Shown here: positions 29,193-39,775 of the stretch, piece by piece
How the letters are laid out: each line of letters starts with the position of its first letter
Position numbering within the stretch: position 1 is the first letter of the stretch
Sequence record: MN445185.1
Source: Escherichia phage vB_EcoM_EC001
DNA length: 64,000 nucleotides
Strand: one strand, 5' to 3'
The notes under the pieces: model-generated
The model's input: the letters and a program-made list of their open reading frames with translations, nothing else
Databases searched by the model: none
What the model was told of the DNA's origin: nothing
Program-made: the position numbers and the translations under genes

Positions 29193-30191
29193 ATGTCTTT
29201 TACTTTGCGTTGGAAAAATCCAAACGTAATCCCTACGGTAGTAAAAATCTACCGTGACGTTAAAGATATCACACCAAGCGCTTTGCCTGAACCGATTGCA
29301 ACGCTCTCAAATGGCGAGACAGAATGGCGTGATGCCACCGCCAAACCAGGCGCAATCTATTATTACCTTCTAACGGTAACCGCCAACGGTAAAACAGTAG
29401 CGTCGTCTAGCCAGAAATATACTGTTGAGGTAAAACGCGGGATAGGCCCAATGACTATTCTAAACGGTAACGACCGTTTAGGGTTTATGGGTGAGGTTCC
29501 TTACGACGAACAATGGCTTCCGTCGCAAATGCCACCTGCATTTTTGGCGATGTTCCCTAATCTATTAACCGATCGCGTGGCGTTGTATAAATTTACCCGA
29601 AACGGGAAGATCTATTACATGCTATCTAACACGTCGCAGTTCCCGAATACGCCTGTGGACTGGGCTTCCCTCTATCAAGCTGGTTTAGTCTATGGTACGG
29701 GCGATGCTGGCCCAGAGAACGGCCATGGAACGCTACCGGCCACTCCACAAGACGCTAAGATAGTCCACAAAGGGGATACGTACATCATGCGTCTTCCTCG
29801 CGGCCTGACGATGTCTAGCGAGCCTCCTGCGTATCCTTTCGTAGCTGACTATAATGGGAAAACCCATGATGAAATCGCTTCTCTAACCAACCCGTGTGAG
29901 TATAACGATTTACTTTACACGATGGTTAACGAGGTGCCGTGGAAACAGCGTTGGGCTAACTGGGCAACGAACAGTTATACTTTTCTGGGGCAGGGTACTT
30001 TGGGAACCTCGGCAACGTATTTCGGCGGTGGTGTTCTCTGTATGGAACACGACACCACGGAAGACCGTGTGCTCCATCGTGGTATTTTTAACAATGCCGG
30101 CGGAACACCCGTATCCGCGATTCAGCGTATAAACTATTTATCACCCACCACGAAAGGGCGTTACTACCCTATCTTTGAACTGGTCGAGTAA
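29193..30191 (+). CDS. Fibre-module protein B1 (beta-sandwich-like N-terminus)
   Basis: GAGG SD; paralog of 32647-33636. Confidence 0.65.
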   Translation: MSFTLRWKNPNVIPTVVKIYRDVKDITPSALPEPIATLSNGETEWRDATAKPGAIYYYLLTVTANGKTVASSSQKYTVEVKRGIGPMTILNGNDRLGFMGEVPYDEQWLPSQMPPAFLAMFPNLLTDRVALYKFTRNGKIYYMLSNTSQFPNTPVDWASLYQAGLVYGTGDAGPENGHGTLPATPQDAKIVHKGDTYIMRLPRGLTMSSEPPAYPFVADYNGKTHDEIASLTNPCEYNDLLYTMVNEVPWKQRWANWATNSYTFLGQGTLGTSATYFGGGVLCMEHDTTEDRVLHRGIFNNAGGTPVSAIQRINYLSPTTKGRYYPIFELVE

Positions 30192-30200
30192 GGGGCAGTC

Positions 30201-31124
30201 ATGACTATACGGTTAAGCTGGCCGTCCCAAGCCAGCAAAGGTCTTACCGCGATTGAAATCTACCGCAAGGAAGGTTGGAACGCAACAATCGACGTTTACA
30301 ATCCAGGCGCACCCCACGCAACTTTATCGGGCAACGCGGTAGAGTTCGTAGATAATATCGATACCCTGACGAAGAACACAACCTATCGTTATTGGGTAGC
30401 TGCTGTGAAGGACAGTGAACGACTTATCGGCAATCCGATTACGCAAGGATTCTATCCGGACACCGGGCCGGGTCCGCAAACTATTTTGCGTGGTGACTGG
30501 GCTTCAGGTTATTTCGGTACAGTACCGAATACAGAGTTCTTTAATACTGCCGAGTTAAAACTCATGTTAACTGCGCAGCAGGGAAACATGTTTGTCTACG
30601 ACCCTCAGGAATGGCACAAGTTTATTTTCCGTGGGAGAATTGTCTTCTTCCCAGCGACGATGCATTCGAAAACCAACTCGGTACAAATGGCGTATCAGTA
30701 CGGTATGATGTACGGGACCGATGATGTCGGAAGTATTGTTCCGCAGGGAGCCACAGCGACTAAACAAGATTGTAAGGTCACGAAGGATGGTCGTACGTAC
30801 CGTATCCGATTACCTTACGCAGTCCCGTACGACGCTGTTCTCTCAGGACAGGATTACAACAACGGTGAATGGCGAAACACAATGGGCCGTTTGTATCCTG
30901 TCGCTGCACAGTTCGCAGCCCTCGGTCTTGGTGCGATTGACTCACTTGCAAGACAAGGCGCGACTGCGCAGCCGAATGAGTCAGGTGCCGCTGTATTAGC
31001 TCCTTTGTGGAGCAACAATATATTCGCTTATGCGTATGGCACCGTGCCTATGGGGATTAGTAACACCGCAGGTGTCGGGAACTCGGCCACGATATTCTTT
31101 GCTTTTGAATTAGTCTTACCGTAA
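30201..31124 (+). CDS. Fibre-module protein C1
   Basis: AGGGG SD; paralog of 33639-34538; shares the DTGPGPQ..GYFG motif with A-type proteins. Confidence 0.65.
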   Translation: MTIRLSWPSQASKGLTAIEIYRKEGWNATIDVYNPGAPHATLSGNAVEFVDNIDTLTKNTTYRYWVAAVKDSERLIGNPITQGFYPDTGPGPQTILRGDWASGYFGTVPNTEFFNTAELKLMLTAQQGNMFVYDPQEWHKFIFRGRIVFFPATMHSKTNSVQMAYQYGMMYGTDDVGSIVPQGATATKQDCKVTKDGRTYRIRLPYAVPYDAVLSGQDYNNGEWRNTMGRLYPVAAQFAALGLGAIDSLARQGATAQPNESGAAVLAPLWSNNIFAYAYGTVPMGISNTAGVGNSATIFFAFELVLP

Positions 31125-31137
31125 CGGAGTAAAAGCC

Positions 31138-32634
31138 ATGGGGTTGTATACAGAACCTTCAATGGAACTGCTCTGCCAACAAATTGTGCGTGACAATCCC
31201 GGTTTAGCAGGAAAAATCACCGCTGACTCCATTGGGGTCAGGGGTGTTCCTGTTGCGAGAAACGTTAACGGACGAAACACACAGATTACGTTGGTAGGAA
31301 AACCCGGTAAAGGATTTGCTGGGGAAATAACGGTATATTACGACCGGTTGAATCTGGCCAGTCTGTTCAAGTCTGGCCCGAATATGGTGAGTATTCCACG
31401 TAGCGCACAAACCCATGCGGAAGCGTTACCGGCGTTCAATGAATTGAACGGGTTGAACTTAACCGCGAGTGATATCACCAGTCCAAACGTTGCATTAATG
31501 AAATACGCTACGCCGGAAACTGTAACTCTGACGGCGCACGCTAACTCCTTGTGCTATACCGGGTCATGCAAGATGACCTATGTTTACGAACCGATTGCGA
31601 TGTATCCGAAGTCGGGTCCTGGGCCAAAAGGATTAATGGCTGGTAATGAGTTATACGGATTCTTTGGGCTGGTAAGCGCGGAAGAGTTATTCACATCTGA
31701 TGAAATGGTGTATGCACTCTATAACGGCACCAACTGGCCTAACCGCTACGCTATCAAGTGGCTCAAATTCTTTCTGAATGGGGCGGTAGTGTTTGTTCCG
31801 ACCCGTGCGATTTGCAACGTTACCTGGGCAGACCTGTACAACAATGGTGCAATATTTGATTCCGGAGACGCAGGACCTCGCCCGAAGTCGACTTACACAC
31901 CTGTCGATGTTGAACAGTTGAAATACATGGTAAAACGGGATGATGAAGGAACGCATTATTTCAGAATGTCTATCCCGTATTACACCGAGAACGCCGCCGC
32001 GCCTGATTGGAGTAAACCGCCGTCAATCACCTCTATCCTGTCACTGACCAGCAAATTGGGGTCGGTGAACGTATATGGGGAGTGGGGAACTCTTAGCACG
32101 ACTGATGCTAACTTCCTGGATTACGTGTGGTTACGACACCAGTTCGGTGCCGACCAAGCGTATTACCAGTCTATCAGTGGGAGCTATCGTTCATACACCT
32201 ACATCTACACCTCTTCTGGCTTTTGGCCAATCCTGGAGATGTTTGATGTTGCCAATGAACCTGTGCCGTTGATTGACGAAGGTGCAGAACTGACATGGGC
32301 ACCGTCCGTGGTTACTCTGACGGACATCTACCAAAATGAATCGCTTCGTGTGGTGCCTATTACGGAAACCTCCGCTGCAGCGAATCCACGTCCGTTAGTT
32401 TTCAACACCGACAACACCGAAACTGCCACCCCTGCCTGGCTGCGGGAAGCGTCATCAGACTCACCACGTCCTCTGCTTGCCACGACGGACAATGATGAAC
32501 GTGCATATTCCGTCGCGGTAACAGGCATGGCTAGCGTTAAGATTAGACCGATTATTCTCACGACTGACCAAATCGCCCAACCTTCAAAAATTACTCTGGG
32601 CGATACTAACGGTGAGTTGGATGGATTCCAATAA
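31138..32634 (+). CDS. Fibre-module protein A2
   Basis: GGAG SD; ends NGELDGFQ. Confidence 0.65.
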   Translation: MGLYTEPSMELLCQQIVRDNPGLAGKITADSIGVRGVPVARNVNGRNTQITLVGKPGKGFAGEITVYYDRLNLASLFKSGPNMVSIPRSAQTHAEALPAFNELNGLNLTASDITSPNVALMKYATPETVTLTAHANSLCYTGSCKMTYVYEPIAMYPKSGPGPKGLMAGNELYGFFGLVSAEELFTSDEMVYALYNGTNWPNRYAIKWLKFFLNGAVVFVPTRAICNVTWADLYNNGAIFDSGDAGPRPKSTYTPVDVEQLKYMVKRDDEGTHYFRMSIPYYTENAAAPDWSKPPSITSILSLTSKLGSVNVYGEWGTLSTTDANFLDYVWLRHQFGADQAYYQSISGSYRSYTYIYTSSGFWPILEMFDVANEPVPLIDEGAELTWAPSVVTLTDIYQNESLRVVPITETSAAANPRPLVFNTDNTETATPAWLREASSDSPRPLLATTDNDERAYSVAVTGMASVKIRPIILTTDQIAQPSKITLGDTNGELDGFQ

Positions 32635-32646
32635 GAGGTAACGACA

Positions 32647-33636
32647 ATGGCTTTTACAATTCGTTGGACGAACAATAACCCTGGGGCTTCGACCGTGAAG
32701 CTGTACCGCGACACCAAACCTCTGGTGCGTACAGCATTACCTGAACCTCTGGCAACGTTCACTAACGGGGAAACTGAGTATACTGACCGAACAGCGATAC
32801 TGGGGACAACGTATTACTACATGACCACTGTGACAGTGGGAAGCCGAACACTGTTCAGTCCGCAGAAATCAATTCTGATTCAGAACCGTCGCGGTATCGG
32901 CATCGTGGCTCCACAGTACGGTGATGACCGCTTTGCGTATTACGGGTACGTGGCGTACGGTGAATTACCTAGCGCGGGTGATTATCCGCCAGGGTTTATG
33001 GCCCTTTCTGGATATGACCCAACTGTTAAGCCGGGCTTGATGAAGTTCCAGCTAGACGGTAAAATTCTGTATCTGTTTAGTGGTCTTCGTGTGAACGGCA
33101 ACACACCGTATAGCCGTGATGCGATTTATAACGCGTGTTTGCTGTACGGTGTGGCGGGACCTGGTCCGGAAGGCGGTCATGGCGATTTACCTGACGTTGA
33201 CCAGGCTGGGGAGTTTACGTGGTTGGGTGACCGCTATCGGATGCGCCTGCTGCGCGGTTTAACACTCGACAGTGAAAGCCCGGTCATGACACTCGACGCA
33301 CAGTGGAACGGTAAACTCCATGACGAGTCGCCGTATACTGCCGATAGCGAATACAACCGACTCATCTATGGGATAAGTAGCTGGTTCCCAGAAAAGAAAA
33401 AAGTGATGTCCCTGATAAAGTGGTCGAACACCAGCATATTCGGAAGTGGATCGCTGGTGGCAGGCCGTGGGGCGCATTGTCAGGAGTTTGACCCAGACAG
33501 TAAGTTGGGGCTGACGCGCGGATGGGCGGCGGCGGATTCCACTGATACCGTGGATAACCTCCAGCGTATACAACATGTCCCTGGTGCGACCGTGGGCGGT
33601 ATTTGGATTCCAGTAATCGAGCTTATCGAGGATTAA
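32647..33636 (+). CDS. Fibre-module protein B2
   Basis: GAGG SD. Confidence 0.65.
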   Translation: MAFTIRWTNNNPGASTVKLYRDTKPLVRTALPEPLATFTNGETEYTDRTAILGTTYYYMTTVTVGSRTLFSPQKSILIQNRRGIGIVAPQYGDDRFAYYGYVAYGELPSAGDYPPGFMALSGYDPTVKPGLMKFQLDGKILYLFSGLRVNGNTPYSRDAIYNACLLYGVAGPGPEGGHGDLPDVDQAGEFTWLGDRYRMRLLRGLTLDSESPVMTLDAQWNGKLHDESPYTADSEYNRLIYGISSWFPEKKKVMSLIKWSNTSIFGSGSLVAGRGAHCQEFDPDSKLGLTRGWAAADSTDTVDNLQRIQHVPGATVGGIWIPVIELIED

Positions 33637-33638
33637 TC

Positions 33639-34538
33639 ATGCCTATTACATTACACTTTGCACAACGGAAGCCACAGGCGCTCGATAACATCGAAATCTA
33701 TCGCAAGACGCCGGGCAACGCCACCATTGATGTTAATGCACCGGGAACGCCTCTGGCAACCCTTCCGGGTGACGCTACATCGTACGAAGACAACGCTGTG
33801 GAAAACAACACCACTTACCGTTATTGGATAGCTGCGGTTAAAGACGGTGAGCGTGTCTTCAACACCCCTACCGCCCAAGGGTTCTTTTTAGACACCGGGC
33901 CTGGCCCCCAGAAGCTGTTATACGGCGACTGGCACGCTGGATACTTTGGAACAGTAACGCCAGCAGAGTTATTCACTAACACGGAACTGAACAGCCTCGT
34001 GGTGAATATGTTCAGTTCCGCCGTTGGTGCCTGGCATAAGTTCATTTACAAAAACCGTATTCTGTTTATGTCCGATAACTCGATAATATACGCTAGCCCG
34101 CAGTTCATTTATAACCAGGGGCTGATGTACGGCCAGGATGGCAACGGATATGTACCGGGCTGGGCTACTGCACGTAACCAACGCCGCACGGTGACGAAAA
34201 ACGGTTACGAATACGTGGTGCGCTTGCCGTATTTGTTCGACTACAAATTCTGGACGTCTTACGTTGGAAGCGGTAACACTGAGTTGTATCTCGACGGTGA
34301 GTGGTTTAACACCTTCGCGCGCCTGTACAACTACAGTGGGCAGTTTCCGCGCTTTGACGACATTCCGGTCGGTCCAATCGATTCGGTTACTGCCCAACAA
34401 TCTGCATTCTTTGCGGCTATGAATAACACGTCCAGTCAGTGGTACAACCGTCCACCTTACCCTGAGTCGCCGTCGTGGAGTAACTACGGTACCACTACAA
34501 TACGCTCCATTGCGGTACTTGAACTCGTTCTGCCTTAA
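33639..34538 (+). CDS. Fibre-module protein C2
   Basis: ATG 33639 with GAGGA SD; track start 33603 overlaps B2. Confidence 0.65.
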   Translation: MPITLHFAQRKPQALDNIEIYRKTPGNATIDVNAPGTPLATLPGDATSYEDNAVENNTTYRYWIAAVKDGERVFNTPTAQGFFLDTGPGPQKLLYGDWHAGYFGTVTPAELFTNTELNSLVVNMFSSAVGAWHKFIYKNRILFMSDNSIIYASPQFIYNQGLMYGQDGNGYVPGWATARNQRRTVTKNGYEYVVRLPYLFDYKFWTSYVGSGNTELYLDGEWFNTFARLYNYSGQFPRFDDIPVGPIDSVTAQQSAFFAAMNNTSSQWYNRPPYPESPSWSNYGTTTIRSIAVLELVLP

Positions 34539-34586
34539 CAGGAGACTTCATGGGGTTGTATAGCGCACTTTACCATAACAGCTAAA

Positions 34587-34617
34587 AATAGGCCCTTCGG
34601 GGCCTATTTTCTTTTTT
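34587..34617 (+). terminator. Rho-independent terminator
   Basis: Stem aataggccc / gggcctatt with ttcg loop, then a T-run. Confidence 0.75.
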
Positions 34618-34628
34618 AGGACGTTGCA

Positions 34629-35948
34629 ATGATCAACTATAACAAACCTGTCATGCAACTGGTTTGGGATCAGATTAATCGTGATAACCCGCAGCTCAAG
34701 AAACCGCTCAACGCAACCAACGTGGCGTTATTACAAGGTCCTTTAACCAATGCCTTGCGCGATGGCCGCAACAGCCGTATCGTGGTAAACGGATTACAGG
34801 GTGGTGGTTACAGCGGTAAGATGGACATCTACTACGACCGCTTAAACCTTTCGCAGTATTTTAAAGGCGTCAGCGTACCGGTTAAAGTACCTTATCGGGC
34901 GACGGTCTACCGCGACATCATCGACCGAATTTCCGCAGCTTGTGGGTTGGTGCTTACTGCTGACGATTTAACGTATCCTGACAGCCAGTTTGCAATGATC
35001 ACTGTGGCAACGGGCGATCGGACGGTGGCGATTAAATCGGATAACCCCGCATTCACGGGTTACATTCCTATTAGCTTTATTCGTGAAGAGCCCAGCTTCG
35101 CCGACTTGTACCACATCACCGAAACTGGGGCTTGGGAACCCATGGATGTTTACAGCACGGTCTATCGACTCGACTGGAGCATGTACACCCAACAGATAAT
35201 CAATATCCCAATGGGTACCCCGCTGCGACTAAACAGTAACTCGTACATGACCCAGTTTATCGCGGCGCTGTCGGCATGGTCGGGCATCCCGTTCACTATC
35301 GGTAATGCTGCTACTGATAACCCGTATGACCTCTATGGGTATGTCGCTACACGCAATAACAACCCAGGCTTAGACCCTGATATGCGTGGGGAGTACAAAT
35401 ACTGCGTGAAGTTGACGCCGCCTGAGGATATGGGTAATCTCCGCCGTCCGTTCTTCTTGCACTTTGGTCCGAAAAATAACGTGGCCTATTTGGCGCAGGA
35501 AGAGGACGTCGAACGTTATGCGCGTTACATGAGGTTCCGGGAAACCAGCCCAAATTCGATGAGCGTCACGTTGTATCAAAACGAGTACGTGTTGACTCGG
35601 GCAGAATCGCCTGAAACAGCGGATGATTTAACGGGTTCCCCGTATGGCACTCGATACTGTACCGGGAGTATTCGACGGCTGATGCAACACGCGTTTCCGA
35701 CCGAAGAGATGTTCCAAGAAAGTATTGCTAACCGGCGTCGGGTACTGTACCACACTGCTTACACCACCACGACATCAGCTACTACTTACCAGGGACTATA
35801 CCGTAACGGATACCAATCCAAACAAATGACGAGCCTCTACTCGAATTACTGTAACTATTTCATCTATTACGACCCAAGCAAAGGCGGCTATATGGTCTAC
35901 AGTCCATATAGCAAAACTGCCCCGGTCCCTTGGTATCCAGCGCTATAG
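34629..35948 (+). CDS. Paralog-family protein (A-type N-domain, distinct C-terminal module)
   Basis: N-terminus MINYNKP..INRDNP as in 26894; C-terminal YYD..Y.K.AP.PW shared with 35963. Confidence 0.65.
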   Translation: MINYNKPVMQLVWDQINRDNPQLKKPLNATNVALLQGPLTNALRDGRNSRIVVNGLQGGGYSGKMDIYYDRLNLSQYFKGVSVPVKVPYRATVYRDIIDRISAACGLVLTADDLTYPDSQFAMITVATGDRTVAIKSDNPAFTGYIPISFIREEPSFADLYHITETGAWEPMDVYSTVYRLDWSMYTQQIINIPMGTPLRLNSNSYMTQFIAALSAWSGIPFTIGNAATDNPYDLYGYVATRNNNPGLDPDMRGEYKYCVKLTPPEDMGNLRRPFFLHFGPKNNVAYLAQEEDVERYARYMRFRETSPNSMSVTLYQNEYVLTRAESPETADDLTGSPYGTRYCTGSIRRLMQHAFPTEEMFQESIANRRRVLYHTAYTTTTSATTYQGLYRNGYQSKQMTSLYSNYCNYFIYYDPSKGGYMVYSPYSKTAPVPWYPAL

Positions 35949-35962
35949 ACTAAGGTGTCACC

Positions 35963-38131
35963 ATGTCATACACTCCCGATTTAGTGGCGACCGTGATTCG
36001 GTCGCTCAACCGTAAAAACGCGGTCGCCAAAGCAGTAGACCCCGCTAACGTACGCCTGGTGTCCGTGGCGCATCGTGACGAAAAAACCCTAGACGTCACA
36101 CTGACAGGGGGTCCGGGGTATTCAAGTTACGGTCAAATTACGGCCCAAGTCACGAAGCAAAATATTGCTGATTATTTCGCCAAGGTTAAGTTGGATGCCA
36201 TTCCCACTTGTGCGTCCATCCACGAACTGTTGCCGCATTTAGACACTCTACTAGGGATTACCTTTTTAACCGACGACTTTGAAGACCTGCCTATCACTTG
36301 GACAAACAATGCTGCGCGCGTCACGTTCCAGGCGAAACAGACAAGTCTTATCTGGTACGGCAGCCAAACGCTAGATGTGATAAACGGTGACGTGGATATC
36401 AACACTGTCTACACTGTTACCAATATCATTCTCACGCTAAAGGCTGCGAATAAACAGCAGTGGATTAACTTCTACTCTAATGCAACCAAACGGATCGTGG
36501 ATCTTGATAAAGTCGATGTCAGCGCCCCGATGTCCCCGGAGGATATAGGCCAAACCTCTGCGTATAACAGCGTCGTAGCATTGACCGCTAGACCGGGGAG
36601 CGGGATGTTTGGAACGAAGTATGTGTTCTTCTCACGTAACAAACTCGAGACATATGCAGGCAAAACCACATACGTCCCGGATGATTTCACCGGTAGCCTG
36701 CACGATGCTCTGGCCATCGAGACACTCGGCATTCGGAGCGTTTTTGATGTAAACGAAATTGCTCCTGTAGAGAACCTGGCAGGCGAGTGGCCAAGACAAG
36801 TGCAATTGGCACCCGTAGAGGGTTCGTACAAAGTCATGGGCAACGCCACGTTGAATGTGGCACGCTATCAAGATAACGAGCAAACCCTTAACCTGAACTA
36901 CACAACTACGTCGCAACTTTCGGACAGCTACTGGGCCACAACGTTGATCAACCATGCGGCGTGCGGGCGTTTGTTTGTTAACGTGACCGTAGATGCAGGG
37001 GCTTTCGTTTATCGCGACAGCAACCTGAAACCGACGTTCGTTATCGACGAATTGCCGCAAATTGGCGAGGTGGTTTGGAACTTCGTTAACCGGGGAACCA
37101 TTCTTGGTCGTGGTGGTTCTGGTATGGTCTACTCTATGCCTGCGAACACATCAGCGGACGGAGCTGACGCAATCCACATTAGCGATACCTTCCGTGGCAA
37201 AGTCACCATCGAAAACTACGGCACCATCGCCGGTGGTGGGGGTGGGGGCGACTACTATGCGTTTAGCACCACCAAGATCGGTGGAGCTGGTGGTGCGCCT
37301 CTCGGGCCAGGCGCGGCGGTGCCCAGCGGCACCAATAACCGTAACGGCTTAGCTGGGTCCCGTGACAAAGGCGGTGCTACCCAGTTAGTCGTCGAGCAAT
37401 TTACCGGCTACCAGAGTCGCTACTATGGCGGTCCGGGTGGGGATTGGGGCCAGCCGGGACGATATACAGCGTTCGAGCAATGGAACACCCCGGCTACCGG
37501 CTCGCCAGTCTATGTCTACGGTCGTGAAGACGGGATGTCATGGACTCGCCCTGGGATGGCAGGCGAAGCTGTCGGTGGGAATAAAAGTATCGTCAACTGG
37601 GTATCCGTCGGAACGGTGAAACCGAATGTTACCGACGAGTACCAAGAGTTCCTCGACTACCTCGCAGTTTTAGATGCCAATCGACTGGCCAGTGCGGATG
37701 GGATAGATAAAGTCACCGACCCAACCAAGCCTGTAGTTGTGGAGTTCTTAGGTACGATTATTTCAGGTACGCTGTTCAAAAAGCAAAACATACCCGGCGG
37801 TTTGGTGGGAACACCATACGGCGATGCTATAGCCAATTTACCGAGCACCACATTGTTTGGTATCATGGCACACAGTGTATCTGAGTTTGATATTGTGCAC
37901 GACACTTGGCGTTACAACCGTGCGGTAATGTTCACGCTAAAACCCGCGCCTACCGGGACGATTAACCTCGCTGTGGAACGCAACCGGGTGAAATCGGCTA
38001 CCAGTAGTGCACCGGTGGAGAAGTTCTATGTCGATCGCTTCGTGTATTACGATGCGTATCTCGGTAAGATGATGGAATGTAATCCGTATACCAAATCCGC
38101 CCCTAAACCGTGGGTGCGGCCAAAGAAATAG
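35963..38131 (+). CDS. Paralog-family protein with Gly-rich region (722 aa)
   Basis: AAGGTG SD; family N-domain; GGGGGDYY..GGAGGAPLGPG tract. Confidence 0.65.
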   Translation: MSYTPDLVATVIRSLNRKNAVAKAVDPANVRLVSVAHRDEKTLDVTLTGGPGYSSYGQITAQVTKQNIADYFAKVKLDAIPTCASIHELLPHLDTLLGITFLTDDFEDLPITWTNNAARVTFQAKQTSLIWYGSQTLDVINGDVDINTVYTVTNIILTLKAANKQQWINFYSNATKRIVDLDKVDVSAPMSPEDIGQTSAYNSVVALTARPGSGMFGTKYVFFSRNKLETYAGKTTYVPDDFTGSLHDALAIETLGIRSVFDVNEIAPVENLAGEWPRQVQLAPVEGSYKVMGNATLNVARYQDNEQTLNLNYTTTSQLSDSYWATTLINHAACGRLFVNVTVDAGAFVYRDSNLKPTFVIDELPQIGEVVWNFVNRGTILGRGGSGMVYSMPANTSADGADAIHISDTFRGKVTIENYGTIAGGGGGGDYYAFSTTKIGGAGGAPLGPGAAVPSGTNNRNGLAGSRDKGGATQLVVEQFTGYQSRYYGGPGGDWGQPGRYTAFEQWNTPATGSPVYVYGREDGMSWTRPGMAGEAVGGNKSIVNWVSVGTVKPNVTDEYQEFLDYLAVLDANRLASADGIDKVTDPTKPVVVEFLGTIISGTLFKKQNIPGGLVGTPYGDAIANLPSTTLFGIMAHSVSEFDIVHDTWRYNRAVMFTLKPAPTGTINLAVERNRVKSATSSAPVEKFYVDRFVYYDAYLGKMMECNPYTKSAPKPWVRPKK

Positions 38132-38185
38132 TTATCATAATTTAACGAGGAACTTGACGGGGTTAAAGCCTGAGAATAACCCATG

Positions 38186-38219
38186 CCCTCTTCCCCACGG
38201 GGAAGAGGCTTTCTTTTTA
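38186..38219 (+). terminator. Rho-independent terminator
   Basis: Stem cctcttcccc / gggaagagg, then a T-run. Confidence 0.7.
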
Positions 38220-38245
38220 TGACCCTATCAACGCAGGAGGTTATC

Positions 38246-38836
38246 GTGGTCGATCGTTGGAGTAAAGAGGGCATTATTCGTGCCAAAGTAAACATCGAAG
38301 CCGGTTACGTTAATAACCCGAAAGATTTGGGCAAAGCAACGAACCGCGGTGTCACTGAACTCACAGCGCGTGAATATGGCTATAAAGGGGATATGCGTGA
38401 CCTGAGCCTAGAAACCGCGTTAGACATTTACAACAAGCTCTGGTGGCAGCGGATGCGCTTAGACCAGATTATGAAAATGAATGTCCTGCTAGCTGACCGG
38501 ATGTTTGATTTCGGCATCAACGCAGGTCGCGGTAACTGTATCAAGTCCCTGCAGCGCATTCTGAACGTATTAAACCGTCAGGGTAAACTGTACGACGACA
38601 TCGAAGCAGATGGCGGTATTGGGCCACGTACGTTAACAGCGTTAGAAGGCTTTATCAAAGCCCGTGGGGAAGAGGGCCTGAATCGACTGATATTCGCTTT
38701 AACCTGTCATCAGGTTGCGTACTACACGGAAATCAGTGAAGGGCGTGAGGATAACGAAGAGTTTACTTACGGCTGGTATGGCCGCGTCTATCAGGAAATG
38801 CCAGACTACGTGGCTAAGTTGGGGATGTGTAAATGA
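38246..38836 (+). CDS. Putative endolysin: GH108-like muramidase with peptidoglycan-binding domain
   Basis: EAGYVNNPKDLG..T..GVT matches the GH108 signature; C-terminal DGGIGPRTLTAL; GTG start with AGGAGG SD. Confidence 0.7.
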   Translation: MVDRWSKEGIIRAKVNIEAGYVNNPKDLGKATNRGVTELTAREYGYKGDMRDLSLETALDIYNKLWWQRMRLDQIMKMNVLLADRMFDFGINAGRGNCIKSLQRILNVLNRQGKLYDDIEADGGIGPRTLTALEGFIKARGEEGLNRLIFALTCHQVAYYTEISEGREDNEEFTYGWYGRVYQEMPDYVAKLGMCK

Positions 38837-38934
38837 AACAGAATTGGTTTGCTGCCTTAATGAAAGCTATCTGGCGCGCCCTTGTTTTTGCCGCAAGGAG
38901 AAAACGTAATGACCCACCGTCCAACTCCGCCTAA
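38833..38934 (+). CDS. Small hydrophobic/basic peptide (33 aa), possible lysis accessory
   Basis: ATGA overlap with the lysin stop; not in the ORF track (below 60 aa). Confidence 0.3.
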   Translation: MKQNWFAALMKAIWRALVFAARRKRNDPPSNSA

Positions 38935-39023
38935 GTTCCCCGAAGTACAAACCGTTCCGGAAACGTATTACGATTCTGGGTTCTTCAAACTATTACGCGC
39001 GATTTTGTGTCGGAGAGTAAAGC

Positions 39024-39116
39024 CATGCAATACGACAACGACGACTGGCCGAAAGGCTTAATGCCCATTTTACTGGGATTAATGGTCCTCACGATGTTCG
39101 TGCGTTATATGACGTG
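39024..39116 (+). CDS. Small membrane peptide (30 aa)
   Basis: Single hydrophobic helix LMPILLGLMVLTMFV; hand-translated. Confidence 0.3.
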
Positions 39117-39124
39117 AGGCCAGT

Positions 39125-39766
39125 ATGGAAGCACTTAAGTATAAGTTGTTAGAGAAGCCGTGGTTTATTCTCACGGATGATTTCCATTTCGAGTTTACGT
39201 TGCGCAGCCTCTATCGTGAACAGACCGGAATGGATGCGATGGTAGCATTATCAGGTGTACATCCGGATACTCCGTTATGGGTAACGGTGCCGAAAGGATT
39301 TGTAACGGACCTGGCAAGCATTCCAGAAGCGTTACGTCCTATCCTGCATCCGGATGGCCCTTGGGCTGCTGCCGCTTGTGTGCATGATTTGTTTTACCAG
39401 AAACGTTCATCGGTAGGCTTTTACCCTGACACCGTTGAAGGTAATCTATCTCGTGCTTGCGACAAAACATTCGCTGACTTGATGTTCTTACGCATCATGG
39501 AGGCATTAGGCGTTGACACCTTTATTCGTAAGTCCTTCTACCATGCCGTTCACGAGTTTGGTTGGCCGTCCTATGTAGACGATAACTCTAAGGTGGTTTA
39601 TAGCCGGCCGGTAGAAAAGACGTTGTCCTATAATCGCAACTACCTGTTCTTTAGAACGTCGCGTACGTTAGCGATTCCTGAACACGAACGTGTTGACATC
39701 ACTAATGGGCAACCGGTAAACGTGCAGTATTTGAATATCAAACGTGCGTTCCTGACTGCCCCTTAA
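39125..39766 (+). CDS. DUF1353-like hypothetical protein
   Basis: GFVTDLASIP motif; GAGG SD. Confidence 0.55.
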   Translation: MEALKYKLLEKPWFILTDDFHFEFTLRSLYREQTGMDAMVALSGVHPDTPLWVTVPKGFVTDLASIPEALRPILHPDGPWAAAACVHDLFYQKRSSVGFYPDTVEGNLSRACDKTFADLMFLRIMEALGVDTFIRKSFYHAVHEFGWPSYVDDNSKVVYSRPVEKTLSYNRNYLFFRTSRTLAIPEHERVDITNGQPVNVQYLNIKRAFLTAP

Positions 39767-39775
39767 GGAGAGAAA

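Noticed and set aside
38183-38245. 5' extension of the lysin ORF
   Set aside because: The track start lies inside the terminator hairpin at 38186-38219; GTG 38246 is preceded by AGGAGG
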